Counted from the stretch's first letter, positions 41,190 to 55,126 are shown. The stretch is 64,000 nucleotides of DNA from Octopus sinensis (GCF_006345805.1 NC_043006.1:23312001-23376000), one strand, 5' to 3'. Notes: generated by a model from the letters alone, not told the origin. Numbers and translations are program-made.

Positions 41190-41393
41190 TATATATATAA
41201 TAATAACAAAATAAAACATATGCATATATACATACATATATGTACGTACCTACATTACATCTATATGTATATATAATGCATATATGGGTACAGGACACCA
41301 AAATAAAAATGTCGAACACAATGAGAAACGAAAACATAAACACAAAACCAAGGAAAAGGGACATTTTCATAAACAACGAAAAAAAATAGTACA

Positions 41394-41430
<37 letters not shown>

Positions 41431-41461
41431 GTAATATATATAGATATATATATATATACAC

Positions 41462-41501
<40 letters not shown>

Positions 41502-41509
41502 CCACAAAC

Positions 41510-41549
<40 letters not shown>

Positions 41550-41573
41550 TATATACATATATATATATATTAT

Positions 41574-41607
<34 letters not shown>

Positions 41608-41635
41608 CACACATGTTATTATATATAACACACAC

Positions 41636-41679
<44 letters not shown>

Positions 41680-41987
41680 GTATATATATATAACCATATA
41701 TATATATAACCTATTTATGAGTTTACTTCAATTAAGTTGAATTAAGGTGAACTTTGTTTAGTTCCTATAAGTTTATATATATATATTATTATGTAATGTC
41801 CATTCTGTTATATAGCCAGGAATCTGCTAGGATTACTCGCCAGATTTACTGTCAATAAATATCTTAAACAGCACTCTGTGCTTCCTGTCCTTCATTTTGA
41901 TTTTGACATAATTATTAGTTCCTAAACTCACACAATGAAATATGTGTGTGTGTGCGCACACGAGTATGTGTTGTGTGTACGCATGTA

Positions 41988-42045
<58 letters not shown>

Positions 42046-42758
42046 TACATCTATACATATGTATATATATTATATATATAATATATATATTTATATATCA
42101 CCGTGACCGACCAGGCTATCAGATGTTGCTACACATCGCTGGTCACAATGCGCTTCGCATTGCTTTAGCCTCCAAATGACGCCATCCCGCTGGCTAAGCG
42201 AGCAGGCCAACAGAAGAAAGAGTGAAAGAAAGTTGTGACGAAAGAGTACAGCAGGGATCACCACCACTCCCTGCCGGAGCTTCGTGGAGCTCCACCAAGT
42301 CAAATACCGAGGTCGAAGTAATTTCCTTGCCCATTCCCTTCAAACTTGGTGGGCTTGTACCAAAATTAGAAAGACTTGAAATAAACAATTTGCAAATTTG
42401 AGAAGCACCGAGATCGTCACACATGGTTATAAACAGAAAATTATGAGAAATCCAACTCTGTGCATGTGTGCGTATGCGTCTGCATGCATGAGTGTAAATA
42501 TATATGTATATACACACACATACATATGAATATATATATATCTATATATATATATATATATATATAATAACAAAATAAAAACATATGCATAATACATACA
42601 TATATGTACGTACCTACATTACATCTATATGTATATATACATGCATATATGGGTACAGGACACCAAAATAAAAATGTCGAACACAATGAGAAACGAAAAC
42701 ATAAACACAAAACCAAGGAAATGGACATTTTTCATAAACAACGAAAAAAAATAGTACA

Positions 42759-42829
<71 letters not shown>

Positions 42830-42876
42830 GTATATATATATATAATATATATATATATTATATATACACACACCAC

Positions 42877-42931
<55 letters not shown>

Positions 42932-42965
42932 TGTATATATATATATAATATATATATATATATAT
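40337..42965. repeat. About 1.37-kb near-identical tandem duplication (copies start at 40337 and 41708)
   Basis: Both copies start AACCTATTTATGAGTTT and share all unique blocks, including a truncated type-b SINE (about 40731-40925 and 42099-42295). Confidence 0.95.
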
Positions 42966-43279
42966 GCATGAATATATAAGAAACTGACTATTATGTGAAC
43001 AGATAATACGGAAATAGAATACTTGTGGTGTTTTAGATAAGTCTCAACAGATAGGGGAGGGATGAATAGAATAAATATTAGCAGTGGTTTCTACAGACTC
43101 ACAGAAAAATCAGTTAAAAAAATAATGGTATTAAGGCGTATCTTGCAGCATTTAATAGCAGACGACAATTATGCGTGTGTTTCTAGCGTTTGATGATAAA
43201 ATGGCCGTGGAAGAAGTTGCTGAGGTTAATGTCAACGCCGAAAACATGCGCACACGCACGCACGCACGCGCACACACAC

Positions 43280-43342
<63 letters not shown>

Positions 43343-43928
43343 TCTCACTCACACACGTACACACACAAAACACTGTAAATTAGAAGAAAATTAATGATAT
43401 TAAATAGCATAGAAGAGAAAGGGAGATGAAATAATGAGAGTCAGTGTAACTAAACAAATATAAGGTTACCAGATTTGTTTCATAGAAAGCAAAAATCGTT
43501 CTGTTGCTTGCATTTGTAAACAGGAAAATCTGTTGGTTTATCCAGTGAGAAAACAACAGGACTGTATGAGACATGTATGAGATAACAATATATACGTCGT
43601 TTGTCGGTGTTCGTAAGGTGAAAGCTCGGATTTAGCCATTGATTACAAGAGGTAACACGAGAGAAAGAAAGAATTTGTTCTCAAATGAGAGAACTATTTT
43701 TAAAATTCCTTTTCATATATAAATATTTACTGGGTAATATATGCTATCGTCAGCTTGCCTAACGAAGCCACTTGTTAAACCAGTTGTCGTATGAGGTACA
43801 TAAAGGATAAATATATCAATTAATAAGGCTGGTGATATTTTTGTTTTGTTTTTGCTCCTTCTCCGACAAAAAACTAGAGACATTAACTTCCCTTTATCTA
43901 TCGAGCTAAACAATATACACAACATTGG

Positions 43929-43971
<43 letters not shown>

Positions 43972-44936
43972 CGCATGTGTGTGTGTATACATATATATAT
44001 ATATATATATACATACACACACATACACACATACATATATACATACAGAATGCGTAAATTGTCACCATTTAATATTTTTTATTTCGCATTTTCACATTGT
44101 TTGTTTTTGATTTTGTTGACTACACAGTATAGTAGGGGCAGTTGAGCACCGTCTATGAGAAAAACAGCACCCTGACGCAATTCAATCTGCCAAAAATTTG
44201 AAAACGACATGCTGTACTGTTTGGCATTCGCGCCGGAAGCTCCAATATGAAAAGCTTCAATAAAAGGAAGGTGTTGAAATATTTGGCAAGAAATATACAT
44301 TACAAAACGAGGAAGCTTTACTGGCATGATAAATGAGATTGTGTGATAGCCCCCATCATAGAATTACTGGCTTAGTGTGGATAAGAGTGATAGTCCTATT
44401 TCTTCGTTGGTAGTTCACAATATTAGGTATGCTGTATATGAAGATAATGATTTCACAAATATTTGAGTTTTCAGATATTTTAACCTTCTTTGTTATATAA
44501 AAAAGTAAACGGAATAACGTTCATAAAACAACAAAAATAATAGCCAGGAGTCTTCTGCAATAATATTATGAAAATAGTTTATAGTTATTGTAGACGAAAT
44601 AAGTAGAAGAAATTTAAGTCGCTGCAAATAATCAGTGTGTGTGTGATTCGACATTACAGTTCAAGGCTGGTACTATTCATCGAATACGACATGAGTATGT
44701 TAAAGAGGAACGTGAAAGAGGTGGGAGAACAACTCGCTGAGCCAAGTGTCATATATTTCTTGAGACAGCTGAGTAGCTGTGACCTGAGGTTAAAATTGCT
44801 AGCTTTTTAAAACTGTAACCTACCTTTCTAGAGTCAAATTGTTTGACGGGAAAACTCGCTCACTTTCATTGAAATTTGTCGCGTCAACCACATTGAGTCG
44901 ACGAGTACTGATTGATTGAGCCATATTCATGTAGGC

Positions 44937-45113
44937 CAGTGTTTCTCAACCATTTGACCCTTTGATTCCTTCATAGCTATTCGATGTTTACATAAAAAAT
45001 AATTCTACTGCATTTTTATAATTAAATATTTGTTAGAACTATGAAAAAGTTGTTCAGATATTTTGTGTATCTGGAACCCCAAGGGAAATGTGGACCCCAG
45101 TTGAGAACCACAG
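44937..45113. mobile_element. hAT (Charlie-like) MITE
   Basis: Ends CAGTGTTTCTCAACC and GTTGAGAACCACAG. Perfect 8-bp TSD ATGTAGGC at 44929-44936 and 45114-45121. Confidence 0.9.
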
Positions 45114-46625
45114 ATGTAGGCGTTAATGCTTCTAATACATTTCTTTTCATAAGAATAGAATTGGTCGTAGTTCTAAACTGGGAATATTTGAAAGATATAT
45201 AGTTCAAAGCTTTGAAGAGGTCTCGTTACACAGGTATAAAGAAAATGGAAATCAAACGAAGTAATTATTATTATTGAAAAAGGAATATGTCGGCCAACAC
45301 TTTAGTCCTTCTATGATTTTGGATACATTTGACTCATAATTTTGCAGCTAGAAAATCCATCGCAAAATATCATCAATAAAAAACATCCATCTTTTTCTCA
45401 GAAGAATCCGCAACTTTCCATTTTGAATCTAAACCCATGAAATATCCATTCCATCAAAAGAATCGTCTCTGATACAAGGATTAAATGTTGCCATTATCAA
45501 AGTTGTTGATCAGTCAATCAAGATCTCCTCCCAAAAACCATTGTCAAAGAGAGGAAAATATTTGAAATTACTGGACATAGAACTTTTAAACTTACAGAAA
45601 CTGTTCTTTGCCCTCAATACATTCTCCAACTTCTATCGAAGCACAGATATCCTTTGTTAGTGTACAACTCTATATAACAAAACCTCGATCAATTTGGGTG
45701 ATAACGCCATCAACAATATATAAGACAATAACTATCAATCTGGTTTAAATATTATTTTGCTATCCAGAAAAAGTTTCATTTGTTTTCCCTTTTTTTTTTT
45801 TCGTAAATTGGTACAGTTTTCTATGAAATACATTTTTGCATGGAATAATTTTTTTAAAATTCGTAACTTTTACTTTCTAGTTTCCAAAACTTTATAGCAT
45901 TAAATAAGAGACTTAGAAACGAAAAAATAAAAATTAAGTTTTATTCCCTGGGATCCGAGATTTTTGTTTCATCGTTCTCGGGAGTGTTGAGAAACCTTAG
46001 TAACGATAGTAACTTAATGAGATCATTTAAAATTAACTGGAGTAAATTGCAATCAATATGCTGATTATAAATGAAAATATTAAATCATTATTTCATGATT
46101 TTCAATGTATGTGTGGTGATATATACCCAATATATTTCGAATATGCATACCATACCCTGAGAACCTTGAGTTATTAATGTATACAGAATGATACAATTAC
46201 ATCACTAACCTAGAATCTAGTACTAGCAGAACAGAGACTTATGTTAGTGCCACCACCCTAGAACATTACAGAGATACTATCAAACGAGATCTAACAACAA
46301 GCAGCCAATAAGATAAACAGACACTTTATTATTACATACATATTGAGGAGCTCGCTTTAACGAAATATTGAAGGCGATTTGAGAGTAAGGGATTGCTAAG
46401 GGAGAATGTGTTTACGATAACCATTTATGTATATATATTGGTATACAGTAGTTGAAACTTTAGAAGGAAAGTGTGCTTTGAAGTCTTGTTGCATTTGCCC
46501 CCAGGTGAACCCACAGACAGTCTGGGAGGAAATGGTACTTGTAATTGGTCTCAGAGTTTTAGATTAAGTTTAAACTTAGCCAAACAACTGTTCACGTATG
46601 TATACAAACATGTACGTGTGCGTGC

Positions 46626-46683
<58 letters not shown>

Positions 46684-47081
46684 ATATATATATATATATA
46701 TATATATGCGTATGTTTGTATACAAATATAGCTTACATGTGAGTGCTTGCATGTATGTGCGTACCTACATACACGCGCGCGCACACACACACACACCATA
46801 CACACACACACACACATATATATATATAGATATATATATATATATATATATATATAAGAATGTATGTAGGGATTGATAGATGAATGGATGTTTTAAATAT
46901 AACGGCGTACTACATTACTGTAAGTTGTATGTCTCCGTGCGCTTACGTCTGAAGACAAACACACACACACGCACACACACAACACACACATATGTGTATA
47001 GATAGATAAATAACTGACTGACGACGACGGACGGACAGACTCACAGGCAAACAGACAGACAGACAGACATTAAATAGATAC

Positions 47082-47123
<42 letters not shown>

Positions 47124-47124
47124 T

Positions 47125-47184
<60 letters not shown>

Positions 47185-47990
47185 GGTAGAGTACGTAAAA
47201 AGGTTGTTAGATACTAGCAAAATGCAATGTTTTTAGGTGGTATGGCATTATAAAATTGCTAGGTGGTGATTCACAAGAAAACTTAATCTCTTGCTCACTC
47301 AGACACCACCACATGGCCCATGGAAGCCTTTATAGGACACTCTGTTACACCTTAAAGTATCCGAAAAGCAGCATGGGCACTGCCTTTCCATTTCGCTTTA
47401 TTAAGCAATAAAAAAGGGATAATGTATCTTGTTATGTATCTCTTCCTTTAGAAATATATCATATTGCAGAAATCTCAAATCTGTTTCAACCATAACAGAT
47501 GTAAGAGTCTATTGTAGAGTTAGGAAAAAGTGAAGTAAAATGTATCGTGCTGCAGCAATGATGGCAAAGATATAGCACACTCAACCGGCTTCTATTTGAT
47601 TTGTGATGAACTTCGGAAAAAATTTCCCTGAAACATCCAGTATATGAAAGTAATAACGATAAATTCCTGTAGTGTAAAAAATCTGTCGTGTTGTGGGAAG
47701 GGGATGATTCTGTGGCACTGTGGGAAGGAGATGGTAAAAGTGTGTGCGCTGTACAGAGAAACATGGACAGAGACAGAGAGAGTAAAAGAGAGAGCTATTC
47801 TACCTCAGCATCAGAGCTGGGTATTTTTTCCTTGATTTTTGCAGTTTTGTTGCTTCTATTAGAAACCTGACTGTTACAGGATTATTGTAGGTTACAGGGA
47901 ACTGTAAGAGTACTATATGTCGTCAAGGTTTCAAATTGTTGCTTTGTTGTATAATCTTAGATCAAACCTGCTCGAGTAGTTCTATAGCTA

Positions 47991-48292
47991 TTTGTTCCTT
48001 CTCGAGCCATGCCTGGCTCATAAGGGCCGGTTTTCCGGTTTCCTTGACGTATAGGTTCCCCACCTGAACGGGACGCCGGTCCGTCGCAGGTGAACTGCAA
48101 GATGCAGGAGGAAAGAGTGAGAGAAAATTGTGGCGAAAGAGTCAGCAGAAGTTCGCCATTACCTTCTGCCGGAGCCGCGTGGAGCTTAGGTGTTTCGCTC
48201 ATAAACACACACATCGCCCGGTCCGAGATTCGAACCCGTGATCCCTCGACCGCGAGTCCGCTGCTCTAACTACTAAGGCCATGTGCCTCCAC
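47991..48292 (-). mobile_element. tRNA-derived SINE (tail type c)
   Basis: Head GTGGAGGCACATGGCC..GGGTTCGAATC related to 13303 and 53258, with a distinct tail. TSD TAGTTCTATAGCTA at 47977-47990 and 48541-48554. Confidence 0.88.
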
Positions 48293-48300
48293 TAGTTCTA

Positions 48301-48538
48301 GATATTTCTTTACTACCCACAAGGGGCTAAACACAGTGGGGACAAACAAGGACAGACAAACGGATTAAGTCGATTACATCGACCCCAGTGCGTAACTTGT
48401 ACTTAATTTATTGACCCCGAAAGGATGAAAGGCAAAGTCGACCTCGGCGGAATTTGAACTCAGAACGTAACGGCAGACGAAATGCGGCTATGCCTTTCGC
48501 CCGGCATGCTAACGATTCTGCCAGCTAGCCGCCTTTCT
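48301..48538 (-). mobile_element. SINE inserted at the edge of the previous SINE's TSD
   Basis: Same family as 35097. Flanked by the direct repeat ACTAGTTCTA at 48291-48300 and 48539-48548. Confidence 0.88.
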
Positions 48539-48789
48539 ACTAGTTCTATAGCTAAACACATTCGCAGTGCTCTATTTTTCGTTCGACTACAATGCATACA
48601 TCCATGACATTATCTAATATATATTTTTGTTTATTTTTTTCAGAGGTGATTTGATGGTGGCTTTATTGCTTATTTTCAGAGGATCGAGCAACAACTCGTG
48701 GATACCCAACTTGTCGATGTTTTAGACATGTGGTTATATCAATAGTCAGACAGAAAGGTTGAAAGATTAAGATATATATATATATATAG

Positions 48790-48826
<37 letters not shown>

Positions 48827-48845
48827 TATATATATATATATATAT

Positions 48846-48886
<41 letters not shown>

Positions 48887-49319
48887 GAGTAGATAGAAAT
48901 ACAGCCAGCCAGCCCGACATCAGACTGACAGACAATATATAGATTCCTACCTACCTACCCACTACCCAACATACATACATGCATGCATGCATACATAATA
49001 CATACATGCATACATACATACATACATAACATGCATACATGCATGCATACATACATACTACATACATACATACATACATACATACATACATACATACATA
49101 CATACATACATACATACATACATACGAAACATTGATAGACAAACAGATACATATACAAGGAATGAAAAAATAGAGAGATGATAAGAGTAAGAGAGAGAGA
49201 GAGAAAATTGACAAATAAGATATTTATCCATGTGTAAATAAAATTAACAGCCATGACGGTGAGAAATAAAATCAGACAAAACATAGATAAAATATTAGAC
49301 ATACTTCATCTACGCGTCT

Positions 49320-49955
49320 TTACCAGATTAGTTTACAATGACAGAAGGGGTTACATCTTCATTAGATTAAATAACGATGATAGAAAGGGCCACATCTTTA
49401 TATAATATTAACTTACAATGACAGAAAGGGGACACATCTTTATAATATTAACTTATAGTGACAGAAAGTGCCACGTCTTCATTAGATTAACTTGAAATGA
49501 GAGAAAGGGCTACGCTTTCATTACATTAACTTACAATGAGAAAAAAGGGCCACATCTTCACTAGATTAAATGACAATGAAGGGGTCAACGTCTTTATAAA
49601 ATTGACTTATAGTGACAGAAAGGACCATATTTTTATAATATTAATTTACAATCACAGAAATGGCCACATCTTTATAATACTGGCTTATAATGACAGAGAG
49701 GGCCACGTCCCCGTTAGATAAACTTACAATGAGAAAAAGGGCCACATCATGACTGGACTAAATTGCAATGAGGGACAGTGCCAGACCTTCATTAGATTTA
49801 TAATATTAACTTACAGTGACAGAAAGGGCCTCATCCTTCTAGTATTAACTTACAACGACAGGGAGCTCCACATCTTTGTGATACTGGCATACGATTTCAA
49901 ATAGGGACTCACCTTTAAAATAGTAACATACACCTGATGATATTAACTTACAGTG
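49320..49955. repeat. Degenerate minisatellite, about 39-40-bp unit, roughly 15 copies
   Basis: Recurrent ATTAACTTACAATGACAGAAAGGGCCACATCTTTATAAT-like units. Confidence 0.88.
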
Positions 49956-50257
49956 AGAGGCGAAGATGTGGCTATATGGTAAGAAGTTTGCTTCTCACCC
50001 ACATGGTTCCAGCTTAAGTCTCAGTGCGTGGCACCTTGGTCATGTGTCTTCTACTATAGCCTCGGGCGATCAAAGCCGCGTGTGAGTGGATTTAGAAGAA
50101 GAAACGAAAAGAAGAACCCGCCGTCGTATATATATAATATTATATATATATATATATATAATATATAGATATATATATACAGAGAGAGAGAGAGAGAGAA
50201 GAGAGGGGAGAGAGGAGAGAGAGAGAGAGAGAGAGAGATAGATAGATAGATGATAGA

Positions 50258-50293
<36 letters not shown>

Positions 50294-50619
50294 TAGATAT
50301 GCGCGCGCGCGTGCCTGTGTCTGTGTCTGTGTTTGTAACAAACAGGTTGACAGATAGATAGACATGCGTGTATGTATGCACGTATATGTGTATGTGTATA
50401 TACCAACACCACCGTGACCACCACTATTACCACGTTGACCACCATTACTACCTTGACCATCTTACCTTGATCGTGGTGACAATGCAGTTTGTCATAGAAT
50501 TTACTCATCCAGATCCGACCTAGAGTTAAACAGCAGTAACAACTACAATACCATAATGAGCACCACAATACTCACCGCTGCCATCACCACCACCACCACC
50601 ACCACCACAACCATCACTG

Positions 50620-50674
<55 letters not shown>

Positions 50675-51688
50675 CCCACCACAACCAACGCCATTCCACC
50701 CCCACCTTGCTACTTGTCATAATGAATAAACAGCGTAGTTTCGTACATCTGGTGGGGGCAGGGCTACATTAATATTGTTATAGTTGATATTACTGTTGCT
50801 GTTTGTTTTTTTTGTTGACGACGTCATTGCTACTGCCGGAGATAATGAAAGTAGTAGGGTGCCCCCAAACCCTTAAAATTGATGCTAAGATAAACGCCCT
50901 TTCTGACAAGATCCTTCACCACTAATCTGATTGCCTGCTTTTTGGAACGTTTTCTTACGAATCGCTCCTTTCTTCCTACCGACATTGCCACACCTCCACC
51001 AACATCATCATCACCCCATCACCAACAACACCAACACACTCTCACCGACATCACCTACTTGCCACCACCACCACCACCACCACCCCACAACCACCACCAT
51101 CAATTACAAAAACATAACCACACCTCCAGTAGAATCACAATACAGGCCGCTGCTGCCACCAATCTCAAGAATATATATATACAGATCTTAAACGAGTTTC
51201 TAGAGTAGAATTATAAATAGTAAATGGAACGCACGCACATGTACATACATACATACATACATACATACATACATACATACATACATACATACGTACGTAC
51301 GTGTATGCATGTATACATACATACATGCATCATACATACATATACACATACATACATTTATATAAATATATAGAGGGATATTCTTTTACTTTACATATAT
51401 ATGTCTATGTAAGTGTGAATCTATGTATGTGTATTTATGTGTGCATATATATATGCGCGCGTGTGTTATACTTATATATATATATGTGTGTGTGTGTGAG
51501 TGTGTGTGTGTGTGTGTATGCATATATAAATGTATATGTTTATGTTATATGTCCTAATATACGTATGCACATATTTGTTAAACATACGATGCACAAAACT
51601 CTCGGCCTTGAGTCACTCTGTAACTTTTGGTGATTAATAATACAAACACATACACAGATTGACAGACAGACAGACAGACAGGTGTAGG

Positions 51689-51767
<79 letters not shown>

Positions 51768-51845
51768 AAACACGACTATGTTGGAAGTTAATTTTTTTAT
51801 TAACGTTTGTTCGTATCTACGTATGAGATTCTTATTGTTTTAGAA

Positions 51846-52167
51846 CAGTGGTTCTCAACCGGGGTCTATATGGCCCCTCAAGGCCCATATAAGATTTGGT
51901 GGTGGTGGGGGGGTCCACGAAGCAAAATAATAAATTGGGAATCCACATCAGTATTTTTAGGGCCTCTGAAAACATTTTGCTTTTGATGTATGTATAGGCA
52001 TGTATTGCAAGAAACAGCTGGGTTTCTTTCTCTAAATTTTGTGTGAAAAACAAAACAGAAATTTTGAATGAAGTTTCAGTAAAACTAGTTTTTAAACATG
52101 GAATAGCTGTGGAGCTCCACTTGAATAAAACAGTAATCAGATTTTAAAAACTGGTTGAGAGCTCCTG
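51846..52167. mobile_element. hAT (Charlie-like) MITE
   Basis: Ends CAGTGGTTCTCAACC and GGTTGAGAGCTCCTG. TSD TTTTAGAA / GTTTAGAA (one mismatch). Related to 23658 and 44937. Confidence 0.85.
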
Positions 52168-52474
52168 GTTTAGAATAACAGGATCCCCAAATTCATCTTT
52201 ATGGACGTTTCCTCCTACCTCACTCTCACTTTCAGGATATGGAGTGATCTTCGCTTCTGTACTGCATTAATATTGAGCGGGAGACTTCCTGTGTCAGAAG
52301 TTGACCGTTAAACGTTAAAATTCTATATCATCAGACTTGCATCAGTATTTTAAAAGGGTATATATTCAATATACAAAAATTAAAAGAAAATGGAGATTTA
52401 CGATTAACATATTTTAACTATGATTTATTTACATAATATTACATTACAATAATAATATGATATGATTAGAAATA

Positions 52475-52570
52475 CAAATATTAATCCTACAAATTGTTTC
52501 GATTCATACCCAATAATGAATTTTAAAAAAATTCATATTTATAGGTAGGAATCTCATCAGGAAATATTTG
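52475..52570 (-). ncRNA. Type-I hammerhead-ribozyme-like motif with long stem II
   Basis: Minus strand CAAATATTTC CTGATGA GATTC-C-TACC..ATGAATTTT/AAAATTCAT..GGTA-T-GAATC GAAAC AATTT GTA GGATTAATATTTG. It has an intact CUGAUGA/GAAA core, a GUA cleavage triplet and pairable stems I and II. Confidence 0.7.
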
Positions 52571-52899
52571 ACAAAATTAGACAAAATTGCATGTAAGGAT
52601 TGTTAAATCCTAGAATATGCTATTCCAGATATGGAAGCAAAACCTGGAATCTAAGGGCCTTAAGGTTAACTTGGCAAAAACTTAAGTCCTCGTAAGCAAG
52701 AAAACTTACAGGACTCTACCCATTTCACTTAGGTAGCCCCGTTTGATTTGTAGGAAAGGTGTAGGCAGAAACTCCATACAATGTAAGCTATTGGACACAC
52801 AAGAGGTGCAGTGGATTAATAGGAAGATTGTCAGAGAAGGTAGTGTTCGTATGTGGAAGATACACAAGATCCATAAACCTACAGAGACTCGGGGAAATT

Positions 52900-54256
52900 G
52901 ATTCTCTGAAATGCTTTGGTGGCTCATTAGAGGTATAAGCTAATTTCTGCTACCTAGCGGACCAAATTAGTAGTGGGGTTGATGCATGGAGAGTATGCTA
53001 ACTAGAATAAGAATAGGATGGAGGAAATTCACAGAGCTGTTACCTCTCTTGGCCACAAAAGGTTTCTCTCTCCGAGTGAATGGAAGATTATCTGTATACG
53101 GACTGCAATTCTACATGGTAGTGAAACGTGATCCCTGAATGCTAAGGACATGCTAAGGTTAGAAAGAAATGAGGCTAGTACGCTCCACGGGATATGTAAT
53201 GTAAGTGTACATTTTCGACAGAATGCTAGTGCTTTGAGAGATAAACTAGGCATAAGAGTGGAGGCGCAATGGCCCAGTGGTTAGGGCAGCGGACTGGCGG
53301 TCGTAGGATCGCGGTTTCGATTCCCAGACCGGGCGTTGTGAGTGTTTATTGAGCGAAAACACCTAAAGCTCCACGAGGCTCCGGCAGGGATGGTGGTGAT
53401 CCCTGCTGTACTCTTTCACCACAACTTTCTCTCACTCTTACTTCCTGTTTCTGTTGTACCTGTATTTCAAAGGGCCGGCCTTGTCACTCTCTGTGTCACG
53501 CTGAATATCCCCGAGAACTACGTTAAGTGTACACGTGTCTGTGGAGTGCTCAGCCACTTACACGTTAATTTCACGAACAGGCTGTTCCGTTGATCGGATC
53601 AACCGGAACCCTCGTCGTCGTAACCGACTGAGTGCTTCCACAGGCATAAGAAGAATTAGTTGTTGTGTGGGAGAGAGAAGACTACGCTGGTTTGGTCATG
53701 TAATGCAGATGGATGCCAACAGCTCTATAAAGAAGTGCCAATCTCTCAAAGTAGATGGAACATGTGGACGTGGGAGACTCGGGAAGACATAGGACGAAGC
53801 ACTGAAGAACGACCTCAGGACGTTGAACCTTTCAGGCGAGATGACATAGGACCAAGATACCCGACACCTTGCTGTACTCAAGAAGACCGGTATTCTGCAA
53901 CAGAAGTGTTAAGAGCAGTCCTCTCAGTGGTGAGGATTTACTTGCAAGAGTCCTGTGCCGGTGTCACGTAAAGAGCGCGCGTGTGGTGCTATGTAAAAGC
54001 GCCCTAGCGGTGCCACGTAAAAGCGCTCGTACGTCGTCAGGTAAAAGCGGCCATGCGGATCCACTTAAAAGCGCCCAATCCATGCTACGTAAAAGCACCC
54101 AGCACACTCTCTAAGGTAGTTGGCGTTGGGAAGGGCATGCATTCGTAGAAACAAAGGCCAAATTAGACTGTAGTCTGGTGCAGGTCTACAGCTTGTCAGC
54201 TCTGATCAAAGCGTCCAACCCATGCCAGCATGGACAATGGACGTTAAATGATGATG
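52900..54256 (+). mobile_element. RTE-clade non-LTR retrotransposon 3' fragment
   Basis: FTELLPLLATKGFSLRVNGRL..CIRTAILHGSET* and RRLRWFGHVMQMD..KVDGTCGRGR.GKT*. The 3' region has repeated CACGTAAAAGC units and ends GGACGTTAAATGATGATG. Interrupted by a SINE. Confidence 0.82.
53258..53641 (+). mobile_element. Full-length tRNA-derived SINE (tail type a) nested in the RTE
   Basis: Head GTGGAGGCGCAATGGCCCAGTGGTTAGGGCAGCGGAC..GGTTTCGATTCCC. TSD AGGCATAAGA at 53248-53257 and 53642-53651. Confidence 0.93.
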
Positions 54257-54289
54257 CTGCATGCATGTATATATATATACATACATACA

Positions 54290-54402
<113 letters not shown>

Positions 54403-54813
54403 ATATAGATAGATATATAGATATATAGGAGTATTCGGCTCATGATCGTAAGGTCGGGAGGTTCAATTCCTGGCTGCGCGCTGTGTCCTTGAGCAAGACA
54501 CTTTATTTCACGTTGCTCCAGTCAACTCAGCTGGCAAAAATGAGGAGAACCTGTCTTGTCACACACTGTGTTACGCTGAATCTCCCCCGAGGACTAAATT
54601 AAGGGTACACGTGTTTGCGGAATACTCAGCTACTTACACGTTAATTTCATGAGCAAGCTGTTCCGTTGATCGTTCAGCTGGGATCCTATTCGTCGCAACC
54701 GACGGAGTGCTCCAATATATATATATATATTATATATATATATATAATATATTATATATATATAATATATATATATTATATATATATATATATAATATTT
54801 TATATATTTCAAT

Positions 54814-54882
54814 TACCTGAAGATTGATTGTAACCATAACTCGAATTATTACGAATTGGACAGCCATGAAACGCTCGTAGTG
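54814..54882 (+). ncRNA. Hammerhead-like motif, partly decayed
   Basis: AC CTGAAGA TTGATTGT..ACAGCCA T GAAAC GCTC GTA GT: both core boxes and a GUA triplet, with an imperfect stem II. Embedded between (TA)n tracts. Confidence 0.45.
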
Positions 54883-55053
54883 TTTTACTCATTATCTATT
54901 ATTAAACCTTTAATACTTTTGATATATATTTAAAATAATATAAATTCATTCATTTTATGTATTGGCTTAAGTTTTTCATTGTTTGATTTGCCTAATAGTG
55001 GTTTTATCTCTAATTTAATATAATATATATATATATATATATATTATCTCTAA

Positions 55054-55110
<57 letters not shown>

Positions 55111-55126
55111 AATATATATATATATC

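Noticed and set aside
53258-53335. Functional tRNA gene
   Set aside because: The tRNA-like A/B boxes continue into a SINE core and tail bounded by a TSD, and several copies occur in the window.
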